From Verrucomicrobiota bacterium (GTDB taxonomy: Bacteria > Verrucomicrobiota > Verrucomicrobiia > Limisphaerales > Palsa-1400): a stretch of DNA of 64,000 bases. The stretch covers positions 32,001 through 96,000 of the forward strand of contig JBEKYR010000007.1 in NCBI GenBank assembly GCA_049510745.1. Reading direction: 5' to 3'. The translations under genes were made by a program, and so were the position numbers. This document shows, in pieces, positions 1 through 10,123 of this stretch. The notes beneath the pieces are model-generated. The model made no database searches. It was not told the origin of the DNA and worked only from the letters and a program-made list of their open reading frames with translations. The first letter of the stretch is position 1. Every line of letters starts with the position of its first letter.

Positions 1-1
1 G

Positions 2-1258
2 CAATGCGCCCTGGGAGTGGCCGGCTCGCTTGCGTTGCTGGCCGGCGTCGCGCCCGCGCTGATGCTGGCGCTGCTCTGGGCGCTCTACCTGTCGTTCTGC
101 ACCATCGCCAGCCCGTTTTTCAACTTTCAGTGGGACAGCCTGCTGCTGGAGACGGGTTTTTTGGCGATTTTTTACGCGCCGTTGCAATGGCTGGAGCGGC
201 CCTCGCGCCAGGCGCCGCCGCCGGCGCTGGTGGTGTGGCTGCTGCGCTGGGAACTGTTCCGGCTCATGTTCGAGTCCGGCTGCGTCAAGCTGATGAGCGG
301 GGATCCTTCGTGGTGGAACCTGACCGCGCTGCGCGTCCACTACGAAACGCAGCCGCTGCCCACCTGGATCGGATGGCACGCGCACCAACTGCCCGCGGGG
401 GCGCAGGCCGTCTCGCAGTTTTTGATGCTGGCGATTGAACTGGCGGCGCCCGCCCTGATTTTTTGCGGCCGGCGCCCGCGCCTGCTGGCGGCGGGGGCAT
501 TCGCGGCGCTGCAAGTCGCAATTCTATTGACAGGCAATTACACCTTTTTCAATTGGCTGGCCATCCTGCTGTGCGTGCCGCTCCTGGACGACCGCGTTTT
601 GAAAATGTTCCGCCGCAAAAGCGGGGAAGCGCCCGCTCCCGCGACCGTCCGCCCGGCGCGCTGGCCTTGGGCGGTGACGCTCGGCCTGTCGGTCGTGGTC
701 GTGACGGTGACGTTGATTCAGGTCCTGGCGGCGGCGCGCAGCAACCAGCGCTGGCCCGCGCCGGTGCTGGCGCTTTATGGCTGGCTGGAACCGTTCCGCA
801 GCCTCAACAGTTACGGACTGTTCGCGGTGATGACGCAGACGCGGCCGGAGATCGTGATCGAAGGGAGCGACGACGGGCGGAACTGGCAGGCGTATGAATT
901 CAAGCACAAGCCGGGCGACTTGAAGCGGCGGCCGGGATTTGTCGCGCCCTATCAGCCGCGGCTGGATTGGCAGATGTGGTTCGCGGCGCTGGGAAGCCCG
1001 CGCGGGAACCCGTGGTTTTTGAGCCTGGAATTGCGCCTGCTGCAAAACGCGCCCCCGGTGCTGGCGCTGCTGGGGCGCAACCCATTTCCCGCCGCTCCGC
1101 CCAAATACATTCGCGCCCAGCTCTACGAGTATCATTTCACCGACATCCCGACCCGCCGCGCCACCGGACAGTGGTGGCGCCGGGAGTTGAAACGCGCCTA
1201 CGTTCCGCCGCTGTCCCTGGAGGACTTTCGGGCGGGGCAGGAGCCGGGACGGCAGTGA
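2..1258 (+). CDS. Lipase maturation factor (LMF1) family membrane protein, 5'-truncated by window edge
   Basis: Motifs FQWDSLLLETGFLAIF, YETQPLP, APYQPRLDWQMWFAAL; multiple TM helices; frame open from position 2. Confidence 0.9.
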   Translation, partial: QCALGVAGSLALLAGVAPALMLALLWALYLSFCTIASPFFNFQWDSLLLETGFLAIFYAPLQWLERPSRQAPPPALVVWLLRWELFRLMFESGCVKLMSGDPSWWNLTALRVHYETQPLPTWIGWHAHQLPAGAQAVSQFLMLAIELAAPALIFCGRRPRLLAAGAFAALQVAILLTGNYTFFNWLAILLCVPLLDDRVLKMFRRKSGEAPAPATVRPARWPWAVTLGLSVVVVTVTLIQVLAAARSNQRWPAPVLALYGWLEPFRSLNSYGLFAVMTQTRPEIVIEGSDDGRNWQAYEFKHKPGDLKRRPGFVAPYQPRLDWQMWFAALGSPRGNPWFLSLELRLLQNAPPVLALLGRNPFPAAPPKYIRAQLYEYHFTDIPTRRATGQWWRRELKRAYVPPLSLEDFRAGQEPGRQ

Positions 1259-1272
1259 GATTGCGGGGACAA

Positions 1273-1307
1273 GTATGAAGTCAGAAGGATGAAGGAAGAA
1301 GGATGAA
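1273..1307 (+). repeat. Five degenerate 7-bp tandem repeats (GnnnGAA)
   Basis: GTATGAA GTCAGAA GGATGAA GGAAGAA GGATGAA read directly. Confidence 0.75.
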
Positions 1308-1443
1308 GTCCAAGTTCCGATGGGCGCTGCACTCTGGATTTCCCTTGCCGTCCACGCTTTAAGCGAGCCGCGGCCGAGCGGGCAACGAAACTCTCTTGAG
1401 AACGACTGGGCAAAACTTTATCCTCTCGCCGGCAAAGCTGAAT

Positions 1444-1548
1444 GTGATTTATCTCGACCACAACGCCACAACGCCGATTGGGCCGGAGGTGCTTGTCCAG
1501 GCGGGCATTCCGGCCGTCAAACAGGCAGCGGCGTCATTGCGGAACTGA
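1444..1548 (+). pseudogene. Cysteine desulfurase (IscS/NifS/DndA-like) remnant, 34 codons
   Basis: Translates VIYLDHNATTPIGPEVLVQAGIPAVKQAAASLRN*; IYLDHNATTP..PEV is the diagnostic N-terminus of class V cysteine desulfurases; below the ORF-track length cutoff. Confidence 0.7.
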
Positions 1549-1557
1549 AAGCCACAA

Positions 1558-1797
1558 ATGAAACTGGAACTCTACACCGATGCGATGCTGACCTGCGACC
1601 TGCCGCAACATCGGCTTCGGCGCGGCGACATTGTCAAACTGGTCGAACGTCACGTGGCCCCTGACGGCACGGAAGGCTTTTCCATCGAAGTCTTCAACGC
1701 CGTCGGTGACACCATCGCCGTCAGGGCTGTCTCCGCCTCCGCTCTCGAAGTCTTGCGCGAAGACGACATCCTTTGCGCGCGTCCGCCGCAACCCTGA
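1558..1797 (+). CDS. DUF4926-like small protein
   Basis: 79 aa; LTCDLPQHRLRRGDIVKLVE...GFSIEVFNAVGDTIAV pattern. Confidence 0.75.
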   Translation: MKLELYTDAMLTCDLPQHRLRRGDIVKLVERHVAPDGTEGFSIEVFNAVGDTIAVRAVSASALEVLREDDILCARPPQP

Positions 1798-1903
1798 AGC
1801 GGGAGCATATACTGCTGCCCCTCACCCGTCGCTCCTCACCCGAGTTTATGATCCTGTCTATGTGAAATCGCGGTACGTAGTGGTGCAATTTGGCCTCGCT
1901 CAT
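1721..1903 (-). pseudogene. DUF4238-like gene remnant (N-terminus only recognisable)
   Basis: MSEAKLHHYVPRF matches the N-terminal HHYVP.F motif of DUF4238 proteins; similarity is lost afterwards and the ORF runs into the opposite-strand gene. Confidence 0.5.
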
Positions 1904-1915
1904 AATCGGCAATTC

Positions 1916-2134
1916 CTATGGTGAATAGCTACGGATGCCCTCATGGTAATGGGGGAACGTGTAGATTCCGTTCGTTTGGAGCCAGTACCCTTCTCTGCCG
2001 TCGGGGGCCTTGTAAGCCCGGCTCAGCCCAATACGGAGGAACACTGCGTCTTGAGTTTGGAGCAATTGATTCAGGGCGAACAGGTCATTGTTACTAAACC
2101 GCGTGAGGTCTGTAACAATAATCGTTCGTTGCAT
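1916..2134 (-). pseudogene. Probable internally deleted dual-OB-fold-like gene (72 aa)
   Basis: N-terminal RTIIVTDLTRF joined directly to C-terminal VFLRIGLSRAY..DGREGYWLQTNGIYTFP; tight operonic spacing with the DUF488 genes. Confidence 0.5.
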
Positions 2135-2143
2135 GGCCCTGGG

Positions 2144-2596
2144 TCACGTGATGTGTTTGATATCGAGGTTGCCCCAGCGCCGCTGAAGGTATTCCACCAC
2201 CAAGCGGCGGTGACAGTGGTGGGGCTTGTCCTCACTACACAGCAGGCAGGCGCCGGCAATCATCTCACGGTCAGTTTTTTCTTCGATGTGGCGATCTTCC
2301 ATCAACCGGAGGAAACCGCGTTCGTAATCTTCCCAGCTTCCCTTGCTCTTCTTGTAGGCGTCTAGCAATGGTTGTGTGGGAGCGAGGAGCGGGGCCTCGA
2401 CATAATCTACGTTGAGAATTTGTTTGAGGAAATATTTCAGGTCATCGCGCTTGCTGAAACCGGCGAGTTGCGAAACCTTGTTGAGCCGCACGTCCACCAG
2501 GCGCTTAATTCCTGCGGCGCGCAGTTTCTCAAAAAACTCACCGGCGGTTTTTTTAGTAAAACCGATGGTAAAAACATTGATAGGTTCGGATGGCAT
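2144..2596 (-). CDS. DUF488 family protein
   Basis: VFTIGFTKK, LVDVRL, SQLAGF, LLCSEDKPHHCHRRLV; start set at ATG 2596. Confidence 0.9.
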   Translation of the reverse strand: MPSEPINVFTIGFTKKTAGEFFEKLRAAGIKRLVDVRLNKVSQLAGFSKRDDLKYFLKQILNVDYVEAPLLAPTQPLLDAYKKSKGSWEDYERGFLRLMEDRHIEEKTDREMIAGACLLCSEDKPHHCHRRLVVEYLQRRWGNLDIKHIT

Positions 2597-2601
2597 AAAA
2601 T

Positions 2602-3198
2602 TCACAGTTGCGCGACTGGTTCGGCGCACTCGTGGTAGGCGATCTTAGCACCGCGACGGTCGTAGGCTTTTGCGATCAATTCCTCGCGCGGCGTAAAAAA
2701 GTCGTCAGTGGGGACTTTTTCCTCGCCAAGCAAACGGGTTTCCGCGTCGATGTGGGTTTCAATGCCGCCATCGTTCAAGATGTGCCGGATATTTAGGTCG
2801 TTTCTGATCTGGCGACAAATCAAGATGGTGCGGTGACATTCCAGCGGGTCCTTTTCCGCACACATCAGGGCGAGGCGAAAGCGGGCGCTGCCGGTTTGCA
2901 CGCGCTCCAAGCCAGAGCGAAACGCAGCCATTCGCGCAATACGGTCGTAGCGGGCGACGCCTTCAACGTAACATTCTCGCTCGGCGCGGCGCGCACCGAG
3001 TTCATCACCAAGAAAGACATAGCGGATGTTGGCGACGCGCAGTGCGCGATCCAGAATTTCGCGGTTGAAGTGAGGAAACCGAGCGCTGTAAGGACTGCTT
3101 CGCACGTCCCCGATGGCTTCGATGCGATGGCGCAACAGCAATTCGAGGAACTGTTCCCACGATTGCGTCGAGTGGCCGATGGTAAAAAGTTCACTCAT
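2602..3198 (-). CDS. DUF488 family protein
   Basis: LFTIGHST, DVRSSPYS, YVFLGDELGAR, LMCAEKDPLECHR. Confidence 0.92.
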   Translation of the reverse strand: MSELFTIGHSTQSWEQFLELLLRHRIEAIGDVRSSPYSARFPHFNREILDRALRVANIRYVFLGDELGARRAERECYVEGVARYDRIARMAAFRSGLERVQTGSARFRLALMCAEKDPLECHRTILICRQIRNDLNIRHILNDGGIETHIDAETRLLGEEKVPTDDFFTPREELIAKAYDRRGAKIAYHECAEPVAQL

Positions 3199-3938
3199 TA
3201 CGGTTCAAAAATAGTAGCACCAATCTTGTAGTGGCGGCCGAGAAATTCCAACCCAAGACTTAAACAAAGGAAATAGTTTGCCGCATCCTGTATTCTCATC
3301 AGTTGGGGCATGTCAGTCATCCGATTCCATATATCGTGGCGCTTCATGAATTTAGGATCGGTGACCGAAAACTCATGGTAGGTACCAGCGTAGTTAAACG
3401 ACAGGTCTCGAACATATTTGGTTTTCATCTGGCCGGGATTGTTGCTGTCGGAAACAGATTTCTTCCAAAAGCAAAAATCCATCTTCGGCGGCGCTGAAAT
3501 GAGGTAAATGCTTGACGCCTGAGGAGTCATCGTGCGGACAAACCCTGCCTGAACCGAAGAAGCCTGCTGACCGTCGTGCCACAATTGTAACGGCGTATCC
3601 ACAATTGAGCGAAGACAGCTTGTATTGGCGCGGGAAATGACCTGCCAAGGCCGTGATGGCTCATAATACCAATCTTCGGGATGGTCCGGATTATTACACG
3701 GATCTCGCAACTCCACTTGAATGATGTCGAGCGGTTGGATTTGTCCGCGTCCTGGGCAAATGGTCTTGGCGTAAGGAACTGCCCCCTCATCGCCGTCCGG
3801 ATTGGTCAGCCGAATCCACTGCGGTTGAATATCAAAATTCTTATCATCGACGCGGGTAGCAATTTTTCCCGCGACGCAAAATTTGTTCTTCGTTCGAGCA
3901 GAATTTGCCAGAACAATCATGTATTTCGCCGCAGCCAT
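3198..3938 (-). CDS. Dual OB-fold domain-containing protein
   Basis: IVLANS...FCVAGK...WIRL, PLDIIQV, HPEDW, FSVTDP, FLCLSLG..F.GRHYKIGATI; TAATG-coupled to DUF488; AT-richer than flanks. Confidence 0.7.
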   Translation of the reverse strand: MAAAKYMIVLANSARTKNKFCVAGKIATRVDDKNFDIQPQWIRLTNPDGDEGAVPYAKTICPGRGQIQPLDIIQVELRDPCNNPDHPEDWYYEPSRPWQVISRANTSCLRSIVDTPLQLWHDGQQASSVQAGFVRTMTPQASSIYLISAPPKMDFCFWKKSVSDSNNPGQMKTKYVRDLSFNYAGTYHEFSVTDPKFMKRHDIWNRMTDMPQLMRIQDAANYFLCLSLGLEFLGRHYKIGATIFEP

Positions 3939-4120
3939 ACAAGTAAGCCCTTTCTTCGTTCGACCATACTGTTACCATGCCATTTGAGCCTTGACAAGTA
4001 ATCCGAAGTGTTTGAAATCTGCAATTCGCTCAGTAAGCCAGCGCCGCCGTCGGCACTGAATAAAACGTCGGCAGATTGTCGGCCAGCAAACGCCACCTCT
4101 TCCCTCGTCATCCGAGGAAA

Positions 4121-4882
4121 TCATTGATCGGAAACGCGCAGCAGTTCTTCGGACGTTTCCGGGCCGGGATGCGGTTCTTCCCGCGCCGCGGCGACCAGGG
4201 ACGGCTTGATCGAGCCGGCGTTGTTGCCGCCCAGGTTCGACCGGATGTAGGTGAGCACGACGGCGATTTCGTCGTCTTTGAGATTCTCCCGCCAGGGGGG
4301 CATGGGGAGGTTCCAATCGCGGCCTTGCACGCGGATTGGCCCGGTCAAGCCGTTCAAAACGATGCGTACCAGGCGCGCGCCGCCCGGCGCCAGCACCCAC
4401 TCGGAGCCGGCCAGCGGCGGGGCGACGCCGTCCTTGCCCCCGCCGCCGGGTTGATGGCAGGCAGCGCAAATTTTGCCGTAGATGGCCCTGGCTTTGGCGG
4501 TGGGGTCGTTGCCGCTGGTCATGACCGACTGGATGAACGCCTGCAAGAGCGGGTCGGGGGTGCCGTAGCTGACATAGACCGGCGGGTCTTTGCCGATATA
4601 AAAGCCGGGGGGCGGAGCGGAGGGGGGCGGGTTTGTTTTCAGTTGCTCGCGCAGGCGGGCCAAGACGGCGGAGTCCCGGCGCACGGTCTGCAATTCCGCT
4701 TCCCTGGCGGCGACCTTGGCCAAGGCGGCTTGGCGGCCGGCTTGCGCTTGTTGCAATTGCTGTCGGAGCGATTGATTGCGCGCAGCGAGGGTGTCGATGG
4801 CGCTTTGGCGGTCCAGGAACACGGCCAGGGCGGCGAGAGCGGCTGCGGCAATGATGGCGGCGATGGCCTTGGTGCGGGTCAT
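4121..4882 (-). CDS. Membrane-anchored monoheme cytochrome c with coiled-coil stalk
   Basis: N-terminal hydrophobic helix, coiled coil, CAACH heme motif, PPLAGSEWV, distal Met in LPMPPW. Confidence 0.88.
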   Translation of the reverse strand: MTRTKAIAAIIAAAALAALAVFLDRQSAIDTLAARNQSLRQQLQQAQAGRQAALAKVAAREAELQTVRRDSAVLARLREQLKTNPPPSAPPPGFYIGKDPPVYVSYGTPDPLLQAFIQSVMTSGNDPTAKARAIYGKICAACHQPGGGGKDGVAPPLAGSEWVLAPGGARLVRIVLNGLTGPIRVQGRDWNLPMPPWRENLKDDEIAVVLTYIRSNLGGNNAGSIKPSLVAAAREEPHPGPETSEELLRVSDQ

Positions 4883-5055
4883 GGTTCTAAGCGTTTCCGG
4901 CGTGGTCTTTCATGCGGGTGACTATAACAAAGATCGCGCCTCGCGGCCAAAATTCTTTCGCGCCGTGCTGAATCATTGGAAGGTTCCCGGCAAAGCGCCT
5001 CTTCCGGCGTTGAATTGAGCTTGAAAACGGGAAGCAAGGGTGGGAAGTTCCCACC

Positions 5056-5295
5056 ATGAGCAAGACAGTGACAATTGACGAGAAGCGGCGGGCGAGCCTT
5101 GGGCCGAGTTTTTCGCCGGGCGATTCCTTCGTGCGGGAGATTAGCGGGGACAAGGTGACCTTCACCCGAGTGGAGCCGGTGAGGACGCCCGCAGCCAAGG
5201 TGAGGATGGCCCGAGCCGGAGGTTACACGGTGGGAATTCTGGACCGGCCCATCGACCCGAAAGCGATCGCGCGGGCGCTGGAGGAATTTCCTTGA
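5056..5295 (+). CDS. AbrB/MazE-like antitoxin (VapB-type)
   Basis: 79 aa; TVTIDEKRR...PGD swapped-hairpin-like N-terminus; 4-bp overlap with PIN gene. Confidence 0.7.
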   Translation: MSKTVTIDEKRRASLGPSFSPGDSFVREISGDKVTFTRVEPVRTPAAKVRMARAGGYTVGILDRPIDPKAIARALEEFP

Positions 5296-5663
5296 AATAC
5301 CTCTTGGACGTCAACGTGCTTCTGCAAGGGATCTGGAAGGACCATCCCGACCATGAAGCGACGTTTAAGTGGCTTCAAGGCAAAGCAGTGGTCGTCTGCC
5401 CGCTGGCGGAGTTGGGCTTTATTCGTGTCAGCACCGGAGCGTTAGGAGCACCCATGGCCGAGACGCGGCAGCTATTGGAAAGGTTTTTGTCCGAGCGCAA
5501 TGCGGGGCGCATAGCCGACGACCTGCCGGCGCTGGGGTCAATGCCCAAAACCTCAGGACAGGTGACGGACCATTACCTGGCCGATTTGGCGCAAATGCAT
5601 GGAATCCAGCTTGCGACGTTCGATCAGAAGATTTCACATCCTGCCGTGCAGAGCATCGGCTAA
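5292..5663 (+). CDS. PIN-domain toxin (VapC family)
   Basis: YLLDVNVL, ELGFIR, QVTDHYL, LATFD acidic motifs. Confidence 0.88.
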   Translation: MKYLLDVNVLLQGIWKDHPDHEATFKWLQGKAVVVCPLAELGFIRVSTGALGAPMAETRQLLERFLSERNAGRIADDLPALGSMPKTSGQVTDHYLADLAQMHGIQLATFDQKISHPAVQSIG

Positions 5664-5773
5664 GACAGCGCGATGAGCCGGCAGTCGATGGGAGGGGGTG
5701 AATTCCGCCGGCGAAGTTGCGCTCCCAGAAAGTCATTAAGAATTGGGGAGGTTCGCCGCGCCGGTTCATTGGC

Positions 5774-5802
5774 TTGACGGGGGGCGGGGGGCGCGGTAGC
5801 GT
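5774..5802 (+). promoter_or_regulatory. Putative sigma70 promoter of the TPP riboswitch-thiC transcript
   Basis: TTGACG-17 bp-TAGCGT immediately upstream of the riboswitch. Confidence 0.55.
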
Positions 5803-5807
5803 TTTGG

Positions 5808-7800
<1,993 letters not shown>

Positions 7801-7896
7801 AGGCAGCGCGGGCGTCTCGCCTGCGGCATCGGGCAACTGCGCCCGACGCAAAACTCGGACTTTCAAAGCCGCACCCATGATGCTAGTGTTAACGCG

Positions 7897-8217
7897 GTGA
7901 AGACAATTCAGCCCGGCCTTTTGGAAACTATAATCGAGCGGTTGAAAGCCGAGTTTCAGCCGGAGGAGATTTATTTGTTTGGCTCGCATGCCTGGGGCAC
8001 GCCCGATGAAGACAGCGACGTGGACTTGATGGTGATTTTGCCGCAGAGCGACGAGCGGCCCATCCGGCGCGACCAACGCGCGCAGCATTGTCTGGGCAAG
8101 CTGGCCGTGCCTGCCGACGTGTTGGTGCGAACGCGCGCCGAAGTGAACCGCTACAAACACCTTCGCGCCTCCTTGTTTCATCAAGTCCTGAACCAGGGCC
8201 GAAAGCTGTATGGATGA
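7897..8217 (+). CDS. Minimal nucleotidyltransferase (MNT) antitoxin
   Basis: IYLFGSHAWG..DSDVDL motif; overlaps HEPN gene. Confidence 0.9.
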   Translation: MKTIQPGLLETIIERLKAEFQPEEIYLFGSHAWGTPDEDSDVDLMVILPQSDERPIRRDQRAQHCLGKLAVPADVLVRTRAEVNRYKHLRASLFHQVLNQGRKLYG

Positions 8218-8623
8218 GGCCGACCTGGAACTGGTCAAAGACTGGCTGACTCGCGCGCACCAGGATTTGCGCGCGGCCCTCATCCTCGCTGCCGCCGAAG
8301 ATGCGCCTTTGGACGTGGCCATTTACCACTGTCAGCAGGCCGGCGAAAAGGCGGTGAAAGCCTATCTGCAATGGCGTGATGAACCTTTCGCCAAGACCCA
8401 CAACCTCCGCGCGCTGGTGATTCAAGCGGCAACGCTGGACAAAGGATTTGACGCGTTTGAAAAACCCGCTGAAATTCTCACGCCATACGTCTCCGCGTGT
8501 CGCTATCCCGGCGGCGCGGACGAACCCATGCCCACGCGCGAAGAATTCAACGAGGCGCTCCAACACGCCCAAGCCATTTACGATTTCGTCTTGAACCTGC
8601 TCCCGGCGGAAGCGCGGCCATGA
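8210..8623 (+). CDS. HEPN domain protein (MNT-HEPN module)
   Basis: YHCQQAGEKAVKAYL, KTHNL, RYPG. Confidence 0.9.
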   Translation: MDEADLELVKDWLTRAHQDLRAALILAAAEDAPLDVAIYHCQQAGEKAVKAYLQWRDEPFAKTHNLRALVIQAATLDKGFDAFEKPAEILTPYVSACRYPGGADEPMPTREEFNEALQHAQAIYDFVLNLLPAEARP

Positions 8624-8717
8624 AACGTAAACCGACGGAGGACATGGCACCGGCCCTGCGTGCCGCCTCAGACGCTTGCAGAATGGCGCCGAGACTTTCG
8701 GACATTTTCAGCCGCCC

Positions 8718-10121
8718 TCAAACCGCCTTTATGGAAGCGCATTGTTCCTCGACGCTTTCGAGCAGCGCCGCGACCATCCGCCGGACCTGCGGGGCGGTGG
8801 TGCAGTAGGGAGGCATCAGCACGATCACGTTTCCGACCGGGCGGGTGAAAACGCCGCGACGGGCCAGGGCTTCACAGACGCGGAGGCCCACCCGCTCGCG
8901 CAATGGGAACGGCTCGCGCGTCCGCCAATTGCGCACCAGTTCCACTCCGGCAATCAGCCCCACCTGCCGCACGTCGCCCACGGCGGGCAACTGCCAGAGG
9001 GATTGCAGGGATTCGGCCAGGTGTTTTTGCAGTTGACTGCGGGAGCGGACGGAGGCGGGGGATTGCAGGAGGCGGAGGCTGGCGAGCGCGGCGGCCGCGC
9101 CGATTTGGTTGGCGGTGTAGCTGTGGCCGTGGAAAAAAGTTTTGAACTCGGCGTAATCGCCCAGGAACGCGTTGAAGATCGCGGGGGAAGCCAGGGTGGC
9201 GGCCATCGGCAGGCAGCCGCCGGTCAGGCCCTTGGCCAGGGCCATGAGGTCGGGCGCGACGGATTCTTGTTGACAGGCAAAGATCGGGCCGGTCCGGCCG
9301 AAACCGGTCATCACTTCGTCGGCCAGCAGGAGCGCGCCGTGGCCGCGGGCGATGTCCGTGGCGCGCCGCAGCCAGCCTTCGGGTTGCGGCGTCATGCCGG
9401 CGGCGCCCTGAATGAGCGGCTCGAAGACGAAGGCGGCGTAAGGGTTGCCCTTTTTCTTTTGCGCGGAGAATTTCCGTTCCAGCAGGCCGAGGCATTCCCA
9501 GTGGCATTTGCGGCCCAGGCGGGCGTCGGCGCGTTCGGGCCGGGCGCGGTTGAAGGGGCAGCGATAACAAAACGGCGCCATCACGCGGTCGGTTTTGAAG
9601 AGCAAACCGCGGTAGGCCTCATGGAAGAGGTCGATGTGGCCGAGGCTGACGGCGCCGACGGTGTCGCCGTGGTAGGCGGAGTCAAGGGAAAGGAATTTCG
9701 GCTTGGGGCTGTGCCCGGAGCGGCGGGCAAATTCGTACGCCATTTTGAGGGCCGCCTCCATCGCCGTCGAGCCGTCATCGGAAAAGAAGACGCGCCGGAG
9801 TTTTTGGCGCGGCGACGGGCTGGCGAGGCGGATCAATTGGGCGGCGAGCAGGGAGGCCGGCTCGTTGGCGAGGCCCAGGGCGGAGGAGTGGGCGATTTTT
9901 CCAAGCTGCCGGGTGAGGGCGGCGTTGATGGCCGGATGACGGTGGCCGTGCAGATTGGTCCAGATGGACGAGTTGGCGTCGAGGTATTCCTTCCCCTTTG
10001 TGTCAATCAAAACGGCGCCGCGGCCGGCGACGATGACAATGGGTTCGCGCCGCAGCCAGTCGCGCATCTGCGTGAAAGGATGCCAGAGGTATTTGTGATC
10101 CAATTGCGCGAGAGAGGGCAA
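8718..10121 (-). CDS. bioA: Adenosylmethionine-8-amino-7-oxononanoate aminotransferase
   Basis: LWHPFTQM, YHGDTVGA, DEVMTGFGRTG, AKGLTGG, FFHGHSYTAN; likely TTG start just after the bioF stop. Confidence 0.95.
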   Translation of the reverse strand: MPSLAQLDHKYLWHPFTQMRDWLRREPIVIVAGRGAVLIDTKGKEYLDANSSIWTNLHGHRHPAINAALTRQLGKIAHSSALGLANEPASLLAAQLIRLASPSPRQKLRRVFFSDDGSTAMEAALKMAYEFARRSGHSPKPKFLSLDSAYHGDTVGAVSLGHIDLFHEAYRGLLFKTDRVMAPFCYRCPFNRARPERADARLGRKCHWECLGLLERKFSAQKKKGNPYAAFVFEPLIQGAAGMTPQPEGWLRRATDIARGHGALLLADEVMTGFGRTGPIFACQQESVAPDLMALAKGLTGGCLPMAATLASPAIFNAFLGDYAEFKTFFHGHSYTANQIGAAAALASLRLLQSPASVRSRSQLQKHLAESLQSLWQLPAVGDVRQVGLIAGVELVRNWRTREPFPLRERVGLRVCEALARRGVFTRPVGNVIVLMPPYCTTAPQVRRMVAALLESVEEQCASIKAV

Positions 10122-10123
10122 GA

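Noticed and set aside
3917..4111. 64-aa ORF upstream of the dual-OB gene
   Set aside because: No recognisable motif; more likely the operon promoter region
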